Positions 1 through 6,200 of a stretch of 6,528 bases of DNA are shown one piece after another. The first letter of the stretch is position 1, and the number at the start of each line of letters is the position of its first letter. A program made the position numbers and the translations under genes. The stretch is from contig NZ_MKGN01000017.1 in NCBI RefSeq assembly GCF_002682985.1, positions 1 to 6,528 of the forward strand. The letters are read 5' to 3'. The notes beneath the pieces are model-generated. The model ran no database searches. It was not told the origin of the DNA and saw nothing but the letters and a program-made list of their open reading frames with translations. The stretch comes from Candidatus Tremblayella phenacoccinincola. Lineage in GTDB: Bacteria > Pseudomonadota > Gammaproteobacteria > Burkholderiales > Burkholderiaceae.

Positions 1-137
1 CATACGAACCCCAAAAGCTTCTCATATATTTTCTAGAGAGGCCTATATTGTAGCTAAAGAGATAGGCTTATAGTTAGCATTTATAGGGATACTTTTGTTG
101 ATAGCTCTTCAAAGGAAGGAGGGAGAAAGTGTTTAAT

Positions 138-221
138 ACCGAGGTGGCGAAATAGGTAGTCGCGTTACTTTGAGGTGGTAATGCTTTTATAAGTATACGG
201 GTTCAAGTCCCGTCCTCGGTA
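138..221 (+). tRNA. tRNA-Leu, anticodon GAG (class II, long variable arm); 3' CCA not encoded
   Basis: Acceptor ACCGAGG (138-144) pairs with CCTCGGT (214-220). The anticodon stem is TTACT/GGTAA around the loop TTGAGGT, with GAG at 172-174 flanked by U33 and G37. A 15-nt variable region spans 182-196. The T arm is ACGGG-TTCAAGT-CCCGT (197-213). Discriminator A221 is followed by TTA rather than CCA. The 3' half is nearly identical to E. coli tRNA-Leu(GAG) as I recall it. Confidence 0.93.
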
Positions 222-249
222 TTATATAATAAACATAATACGCATCTAA

Positions 250-324
250 AGCGGAGTGGAGCAGGCTTGGCAGCTCATCGGGCTCATAACCCGAAGGACG
301 TTGGTTCAATTCCAACCTCCGCAT
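250..324 (+). tRNA. Initiator-type tRNA-fMet, anticodon CAU; 3' CCA not encoded
   Basis: Acceptor GCGGAG (251-256) pairs with CTCCGC (317-322). The D stem GAGC/GCTC gives an A11:U24 pair. The anticodon arm TCGGG-CTCATAA-CCCGA has CAT at 285-287 and three consecutive G:C pairs next to the loop. The T arm is GTTGG-TTCAATT-CCAAC. Position 1 (A250) faces A323, so 1:72 is unpaired. These are the classical bacterial initiator hallmarks. Position 73 is T324, followed by CTG (no CCA). Confidence 0.9.
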
Positions 325-366
325 CTGAGATCTTGGTGTTCTTGTGTTGTTAGTTAACCTTTGTAT

Positions 367-390
367 ATTAGTATGTAGATTAGTATGTAT
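367..390. repeat. Tandem duplication, 12-bp period x2 (ATTAGTATGTAG / ATTAGTATGTAT)
   Basis: ATTAGTATGTA occurs at 367-377 and again at 379-389, read directly from the sequence. A related GTATGTAT word recurs at 427-434. All lie in the GT-rich spacer between tRNA-fMet and the rlmE stop. Confidence 0.8.
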
Positions 391-483
391 GATGTTCATT
401 GTAGCTTGAAAAGGCAGTCTATATTGGTATGTATCTATAGGCTATTAGATGAACCAGGCTCTAGGACAGATATACGTTGGTTC

Positions 484-1122
484 TTAACAGCTACAGAGCA
501 CATACATAGCTGATGAACCATTCCTTTCTCGAGTAGAGGCTACCCATATGCTTATTATATACCTAAAGCAATACCTAAACCATGCTCTAATAGCAGTCTG
601 ATATTGAGGAAAGAATCTATATAGTAGCAACCCTTTCTTACTCAGAAACCTAGTAACAAAAGCTAACATACTTTTAATACTCTCAAGGACTGTTTTGACA
701 ATACACCTATCTCTTGGAACGCTAGCACAAACGTCTGCAAGAATAAGACTGAACTTAGAGTGTTTAGTGTTTAACCCCATTCCCATTTCAACCTCAAGTC
801 TGGTTTGGGTGTTGCAGTCTGTATATTCTCCGTTAATAAAGCATACTTCGTTTATGTATTCCATAGGCATCTTATCAATAGCAACAACCTTGTACGTTCC
901 ACTAGTCTTTTTCTTAACCTCCAATACATACTGAACCCAACAACCAGGTGCTGTGCCTAACCCTAATATTGTGACACAGTTCTCAATAAGATTATACTTG
1001 CCTTCTATGCTCTTCAGAACAAACACGGAGCTTGCCCTATAGTCTTGAGTTCTTACCTTTCTAATGTATAGACCCTTAGAGTAGTGCTTGAACCAGCTGT
1101 GTGTTTTGAAAGCTTTACTCAT
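484..1122 (-). CDS. rlmE: 23S rRNA (U2552 2'-O)-methyltransferase RlmE/FtsJ homologue, possibly catalytically degenerate
   Basis: The 212-aa ORF is collinear with E. coli RlmE (209 aa) without gaps by eye. The SAM-binding motif LGLGTAPGCWVQYV matches DLGAAPGGWSQYV. VVAIDKMPM matches IIACDLLPM, LILADVCAS matches VVMSDMAPN, and the C-terminal S..MYVL matches SREVYIV. The ATG lies inside the last codons of carB (ATGAGTAA overlap). Confidence 0.85.
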   Translation of the reverse strand: MSKAFKTHSWFKHYSKGLYIRKVRTQDYRASSVFVLKSIEGKYNLIENCVTILGLGTAPGCWVQYVLEVKKKTSGTYKVVAIDKMPMEYINEVCFINGEYTDCNTQTRLEVEMGMGLNTKHSKFSLILADVCASVPRDRCIVKTVLESIKSMLAFVTRFLSKKGLLLYRFFPQYQTAIRAWFRYCFRYIISIWVASTRERNGSSAMYVLCSC

Positions 1123-4100
1123 ATATATTAATTCCTGCTACTGATTGAAGTTTACAAGTCCTTAACCTATTAACAGACAAACAGCCTTCCACAACTGCTA
1201 GACCTCCTCTAATAGTGGAATAATAAGGTATTCCTGTTGTTTTAGCAATGAGTCTGAGCGTTGCGTTACGTTTGGATGTTGATATAACCACTGTTACTCC
1301 TTCTTCTATAGACACGGCTTCTTTTATAGTTAACCCTTTGCTCCTAATAGCTTTTGATGTATGGCTTGTTCCGTATAGGTTAAAACCTAAGTTCGAAAGC
1401 ATACGAGCGATCTGAGATATACGCAGCTTTTCTTTGATGTCCGTGTTGAATAGAACACCTTCACCTGATATAACAAACCCACATGAAACTTGAGACTTAA
1501 GCCAGGCTTCCCCAAATGTTCTTCCTACTCCCATTACTTCTCCGGTTGATCTCATTTCTGGTCCTAACATTGGATCGATATGAGGGAACTTGACGAACGG
1601 AAGCACAGACTCTTTAATGGTGCACATGGTTGTTTTAACGTTAATATTAGTTTCGAAACCTAAAGAACCTTTAGCCATTACCCTTGTAGCTAGGTTCACT
1701 AGAGGTAGTCCAATAGATTTAGAAACGTATGGTATTGTTCTTGCAGCTCGAGGATTAACCTCAAGTACATATATTCTTTCATCATTGGTTCCTAAGCTCT
1801 GTATTGCAAACTGGATATTCATTAGCCCAACTATATTGAACACCTTTGCTAGGGTCTGTGTTTGTTCTTTAAGTTTCATTATGGTGTTTGAGTTAACTGA
1901 ACGAGGAGGTAAAGAATTAGCTGAGTCTCCAGAATGAATACCTGCTTGTTCAATATGTTCCATAATACCAGGCATAATAATATTAACACCATCGCTTACA
2001 CAGTCAATGTCACATTCTACTGCTTCAGTTAGAAACCGTTCTATAAGGACCTTTGGAAGTTCTAAGCTGTTAGCATAGTTAACACACCAACGTAGGTCGG
2101 ATTCATCATGCAATATCTTCATGTTACTACCACCTAGCACATACGAAGGTCTTACTATCACAGGATACCCAAGCTCTCTAACCTTTGATATGGCCTCTTC
2201 CTTTGAATTAACTATAAAGCTCTTCGGTTGTTTGAGAGCTGTTCTGCTGACTGCTATCTTGAAATGCTCTCTGTTTTCTGTTAACTCTATAGCTTTCGCT
2301 GAAGATCCTAAAATGCTTATGGTTCTTTTGTTTAAGGACTTTGCAAGCTTTAAAGGAGTTTGACCTCCGAATTGGATTATGACTAGACAGGGCTTTTCTT
2401 TAATAGTAACTTCTTCTACGTCTTCGAGGGACAGCGGTTCAAAATAAAGCCTGTTTGGTATATCATAGTCAGTTGAAACAGTCTCTGGGTTGCAGTTAAT
2501 CATTATAGCTTCAAAGCCTCGTCTCTTTAGTGCGATAACAGAATGAACGCAACAATAATCAAACTCTAAACCCTGACCGATTCTATTTGGACCACTTCCT
2601 ATTACTGCCACCTTATTATTATTGATTGGGTTTGCTTCACAGGTTCCTTCATATGTTGAATACATATACGATGTTTTAACTGGAAACTCAGCAGCACAAG
2701 TGTCAATACGTTTATAAGAAGGGAACACATTTAAGGCTCTTCTCAAATATACTACGATATCTTCACTAACATTCCAAAGCTTAGATACCAACTGATCAGA
2801 AAGACCAAGCTGTTTAACTGTTCGCCATTCATTCCTGGAAACATAACAATATCTTTGTCCCAACAGTCTTACTTCAACGGTTGAGATATGCTTAAAGTAA
2901 AACAGGAACCATTTATCAATGCAAGTTCTTTCATATATTAGGTTAATTCCTAACCCAACTCTAAAAGCTTTCATAATGTACAATAGTCTCTTTGGACCAG
3001 GATATGAAAGGAAGGTTAGTATATTCTCAATGTTCACTTGTAGGTCCAACACATGGACATCATAGTCTAAGCTTCTTAATGACTTCTGGAATGATTCTGG
3101 AAAGCTACGACCAATTGCCATTACTTCTCCGACTGACTGCATTTGAGTATTAAGAACTGGTTCTACCCCTGGGAACTTTTCAAACGTAAACCTTGGTACT
3201 TTAGTGACTATATAATCCACTGTTGGTTCGAAAGATGCTGGTATACAATCGCTGGTGGATCTGTTCTTAAGTTCCTCTAAAGAATAACCTACCGCCAGCT
3301 TGGTAGATATCCTCGCAATCGGAAACCCTGTTGCTTTTGAGGCCAACGCTGAAGATCTTGAGACTCTTGGATTCATCTCTACCACTACCATCCGACCAGT
3401 CTGGGGACAAAGAGCAAATTGTACGTTACAGCTTCCAGACTGGACTCCTGCTTGGTTTACTATTGCAAAAGCTGCCTTTCTCATCGATTGGTATTCCTTG
3501 TCAGTGAGTGTCTGAGCGGGAGCCACTGTCATTGAGTCTCCTGTATGTATTCCCATAGGGTCAATGTTTTCAATAGTACACACCACCATGCAGTTATTAT
3601 TATAGTCCTTCACTATTTCCAACTCATATTCTTTCCAACCAAGGAGAGACTCTTCTATTAATACTTCACTAACAGGAGACAGCCTAAACCCAGCTTTGCA
3701 TATTGCTACAAACTCTCTTTTGTCATATGCAACACCACCTCCTAACCCTCCTAAAGTAAACGATGGTCTAACAATGATTGGATGTGTCTTGCTAGTTTTG
3801 CTTTCGATATCAGCTTTTACCCTAAGCGCTTCGCTCACTGTATGTGCTAGTCCTGACAACGCAGAATTGAATCCTAAGCTTTTAACAAGGTTCTTAAATA
3901 GATGCCTATTCTCTGTACGTTCGATGGAGTCAGGAGTTACTCCGATACATTCTATGTCCAAGTCTTTAAGAACAGAAACATTGTTAAGCTCTCGTAAACA
4001 ATTCAAAGCTGTTTGTCCTCCCATTGTTGGCAAGATTGCGTCTGGCTTTTCTTTGCGTAGTATCTCAGCTATCGACTTAACATTCATTGGTTCTATGTAT

Positions 4101-4291
4101 GTAGAACTTGCTAGATTGGGGTCTGTCATTATTGTCGCAGGGTTGCTATTTATCAAAGAAACACTTAAACCTTCTTCGATCAAAGCTTGGCATGCTTGGG
4201 TTCCTGAATAATCAAACTCACACGCTTGTCCTATAGTAATCGGACCTGCACCTAGCACAACAATACTTTTGATATCTGTTCTCTTAGGCAT
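1115..4291 (-). CDS. carB: Carbamoyl-phosphate synthase large subunit
   Basis: The 1058-aa ORF starts MPKRTDIKSIVVLGAGPITIGQACEFDYSGTQAC. Both ATP-grasp halves are present (PTMGGQTALN / IIVRPSFTLGG and QFGGQTPLKL / VIVRPSYVLGG). Signature EMNPRVSRSSALASKATGFPIA and its second-half counterpart LEVNPRAARTIPYVSK are present, as are IEQAGIHSGDS and GPEMRSTGEVMGVGRTF. The gene is full length compared with about 1073 aa in E. coli. Confidence 0.98.
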   Translation of the reverse strand: MPKRTDIKSIVVLGAGPITIGQACEFDYSGTQACQALIEEGLSVSLINSNPATIMTDPNLASSTYIEPMNVKSIAEILRKEKPDAILPTMGGQTALNCLRELNNVSVLKDLDIECIGVTPDSIERTENRHLFKNLVKSLGFNSALSGLAHTVSEALRVKADIESKTSKTHPIIVRPSFTLGGLGGGVAYDKREFVAICKAGFRLSPVSEVLIEESLLGWKEYELEIVKDYNNNCMVVCTIENIDPMGIHTGDSMTVAPAQTLTDKEYQSMRKAAFAIVNQAGVQSGSCNVQFALCPQTGRMVVVEMNPRVSRSSALASKATGFPIARISTKLAVGYSLEELKNRSTSDCIPASFEPTVDYIVTKVPRFTFEKFPGVEPVLNTQMQSVGEVMAIGRSFPESFQKSLRSLDYDVHVLDLQVNIENILTFLSYPGPKRLLYIMKAFRVGLGINLIYERTCIDKWFLFYFKHISTVEVRLLGQRYCYVSRNEWRTVKQLGLSDQLVSKLWNVSEDIVVYLRRALNVFPSYKRIDTCAAEFPVKTSYMYSTYEGTCEANPINNNKVAVIGSGPNRIGQGLEFDYCCVHSVIALKRRGFEAIMINCNPETVSTDYDIPNRLYFEPLSLEDVEEVTIKEKPCLVIIQFGGQTPLKLAKSLNKRTISILGSSAKAIELTENREHFKIAVSRTALKQPKSFIVNSKEEAISKVRELGYPVIVRPSYVLGGSNMKILHDESDLRWCVNYANSLELPKVLIERFLTEAVECDIDCVSDGVNIIMPGIMEHIEQAGIHSGDSANSLPPRSVNSNTIMKLKEQTQTLAKVFNIVGLMNIQFAIQSLGTNDERIYVLEVNPRAARTIPYVSKSIGLPLVNLATRVMAKGSLGFETNINVKTTMCTIKESVLPFVKFPHIDPMLGPEMRSTGEVMGVGRTFGEAWLKSQVSCGFVISGEGVLFNTDIKEKLRISQIARMLSNLGFNLYGTSHTSKAIRSKGLTIKEAVSIEEGVTVVISTSKRNATLRLIAKTTGIPYYSTIRGGLAVVEGCLSVNRLRTCKLQSVAGINIYE

Positions 4292-4294
4292 CTA

Positions 4295-5401
4295 TTAGAC
4301 CACACTGTTGAATACGGCAATGAAGGCATCAAACAGATATTCTATATCTTTGGGACCTGCACATGCTTCTGGATGTCCTTGAAAGCTTAACGTTAAATGA
4401 TTATATGTCTCCAACCCTTGGATTGATTCATCGAATAAGGAAATATGAGATATCCTGAAAGCATCGTTTAGAGAGGCTGGTTCAATGGTAAAGCTATGGT
4501 TCTGAGAAGTGGTTACTACAGAGCCGCTGTTTAGGTCTTTAACTGGGTGGTTTGTGCCGTGATGTCCTAGTCTCAAGCGGTTAGTTTTCACACCCAAGGA
4601 AAGAGAAGTAACTTGGTGCCCGAAACAGATACCTAACATTGGTGCTCTACATCGTATTATCTTTTTAACGTTTGAGACTATGTCTGGGTTTATGCTAGGA
4701 CTACCAGGTCCATTAGATAATACTATTCCATCCACAGCTAGGTTCAATATGTCCTTACTGTTGACGTAAGCAGAAACAACATAAGCTCTACAGTTTCTAT
4801 CCATAAGGCTTCGCAATATACTGAGCTTTAACCCGAAGTTTAAAACTATGACTTTATACTTATGTTCCAAGCAGCTTCTATTGGGTTGCCAAGATACAGA
4901 TTTACCATTGAATGCTTCTTTCGATAAGTCTCTCGTAGATATATCTATTGAGGCTCTAGCAACATCAACTACTAGCTGATTAGCGTTCCTACTGGTTATA
5001 ACGCAGCCTTTGATAACACCTCGAGTCCTTAAGGTTTGTGTTAACAGCCTGGTATTAACTCCAGACACTACTACCATTCCTGCTTTCCTAACCTTTTTGT
5101 ATAGGGAACACATTAGTCTGACCCCAGATTGAAAAGTAGAAAGCGAACGTACAATGGCTCCTGAAGCGTAAACTCTTTGTGACTCAACATCAGTATTATT
5201 TATGCCTGTGTTTCCAATATGTGGAAAAGTGAATACTATTAGTTGTCCAAGGTAGCTTGGGTCGGTAATAGTTTCTTGGTAGCCAGTTATAGAAGTATTA
5301 AATATTAGCTCTCCAGTAATGATGCCTTTTGCTCCAACTGATCTACCTTCAAAAGCAACCCCATCCTCTAAACCCAACAAAGTATCCAACACGAACCTCA
5401 T
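4295..5401 (-). CDS. carA: Carbamoyl-phosphate synthase small (glutamine amidotransferase) subunit
   Basis: The 368-aa ORF has the N-terminal LEDGVAFEGRSVGA...FNTSITGYQETITDPSY...PHIGNTG. The class-I GATase triad context is present: LGICFGHQ (nucleophile Cys) and FQGHPEA (His/Glu). The stop TAA (4297-4295) is followed by an in-frame TAG and then the carB ATG. Confidence 0.97.
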   Translation of the reverse strand: MRFVLDTLLGLEDGVAFEGRSVGAKGIITGELIFNTSITGYQETITDPSYLGQLIVFTFPHIGNTGINNTDVESQRVYASGAIVRSLSTFQSGVRLMCSLYKKVRKAGMVVVSGVNTRLLTQTLRTRGVIKGCVITSRNANQLVVDVARASIDISTRDLSKEAFNGKSVSWQPNRSCLEHKYKVIVLNFGLKLSILRSLMDRNCRAYVVSAYVNSKDILNLAVDGIVLSNGPGSPSINPDIVSNVKKIIRCRAPMLGICFGHQVTSLSLGVKTNRLRLGHHGTNHPVKDLNSGSVVTTSQNHSFTIEPASLNDAFRISHISLFDESIQGLETYNHLTLSFQGHPEACAGPKDIEYLFDAFIAVFNSVV

Positions 5402-5458
5402 ATAGGAATAGGAACTCTGTTAATAATAGGATAAAACCTAATAAAGCTACTCCAACCT

Positions 5459-5462
5459 GGAG
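5459..5462 (+). promoter_or_regulatory. Shine-Dalgarno-like GGAG for dnaQ
   Basis: GGAG lies 6 nt upstream of the dnaQ ATG (5469). It is the only start in the window with a clear purine SD core at canonical spacing. Confidence 0.45.
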
Positions 5463-5468
5463 ACTACT

Positions 5469-6148
5469 ATGAATACAAACACTAGATATGTTATATTAGA
5501 TTCTGAGACTACAGGTTTAAATGTGATGTCCGATAGGATTGTAGAGTTAGGATGTGTAGAAGTAATGGAAGATGTTGTCACTGGGAATTACTTTCAAAGC
5601 TACGTTAACCCAGACTATTTAAATACTCCTGGTGCGTTAAAGATACACGGCTTGAAAGACTCTTTCCTTAAAAAGCAGACTAGGTTTAAGGAGGTTGCTG
5701 ATAGGTTTTTGCTTTTATATATGGATCGGTAATAGTAGCCCACAATGCTTCATTCGATGTTAACATTATAAACAGGGAGTTAGTTAGTATAGGTTATCCA
5801 TCAATTGCTCGGTTCAGCTTAGGAATAATAGATACTCTCACAAAAGCTAAGGTATTATTTAATAAACGTTGTTCTTTAGATTATTTGTGTGATAGGTTCA
5901 ATATACCAAGAACCAAAAGAATAAAGCATGGAGCTCTGATAGATGCAAAGCTTTTAGCAGATGTTTTTATAGTATTGAATAGAATCAAGGCATCAACGGC
6001 AGGTTTTAATGATGGTTGTGGACCAGTAGAACGTACGTCTCTTTGTAAAAGGTTGCCTCTCATATCAGTTAGTAGTTCTGAACAGCAGTTACATCAGAAC
6101 ATTCTTAACGAGATAGATAGTCTTACGGTTGGGGACTGCGTTTGGTAG
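5469..6148 (+). pseudogene. dnaQ: DNA polymerase III epsilon subunit (3'-5' proofreading exonuclease), interrupted by a frame break; fragments 5469-5732 (frame 0) and 5705-6148 (-1/+2 frame, annotated ORF from Met at 5885)
   Basis: Fragment 1 reads MNTNTRYVILDSETTG (ExoI D-x-E) through FKEVADRF and then stops at TAA-TAG-TAG (5730-5738). The frame offset by -1 is open from 5705. It reads ..IYGSVIVAHNASFD (ExoII), then HGALIDAKLLADVF (ExoIII-epsilon H-x4-D), then the C-terminal VGDCVW and a stop at 6146-6148. Joined, the two fragments match E. coli DnaQ end to end. Confidence 0.88.
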
Positions 6149-6200
6149 TTAACTATAGGTTGGGGGGAACACTTAAACTATAAAGACATCTAACGCATGC

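Noticed and set aside
1-137. Possible 3' end of an upstream gene, a tRNA pseudogene, or a promoter for the tRNA pair
   Set aside because: All three plus-strand frames hit stops within about 25 codons with no recognisable C-terminal motif. No cloverleaf can be drawn, because no 3' strand complements any candidate acceptor. TTGATA (98-103) and TTAGCA (74-79) have no properly spaced -10 partner.
187-399. 70-aa minus-strand ORF
   Set aside because: It lies entirely over the two well-formed tRNA genes and the GT-rich spacer. It has no recognisable protein features and is a shadow ORF.
451-483. Hairpin GAACCA...TGGTTC immediately after the rlmE stop as an intrinsic terminator
   Set aside because: It has a 6-bp stem with a 21-nt loop and no trailing U-tract on the minus-strand RNA, so it would be thermodynamically weak.
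695-4211. Plus-strand ORFs antisense to rlmE and carB (695-934, 1590-1937, 2121-2363, 3300-3515, 3696-4211)
   Set aside because: All are fully embedded antisense to strongly conserved coding sequence and show no family resemblance. Long antisense open frames are expected opposite long genes with biased codon usage.
5705-5729. Programmed -1 ribosomal frameshift as the explanation for the dnaQ split
   Set aside because: There is no canonical X XXY YYZ heptamer in the zero frame. G TTT TTG fails at the first position. I saw no obvious downstream stem-loop or upstream SD-like stimulator. The T-runs (4-5 nt) are also short for efficient transcriptional slippage. This remains a low-probability alternative mentioned in the finding.
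5881-6063. 60-aa minus-strand ORF inside dnaQ
   Set aside because: It is antisense to the conserved ExoIII region of dnaQ and has no recognisable motifs.
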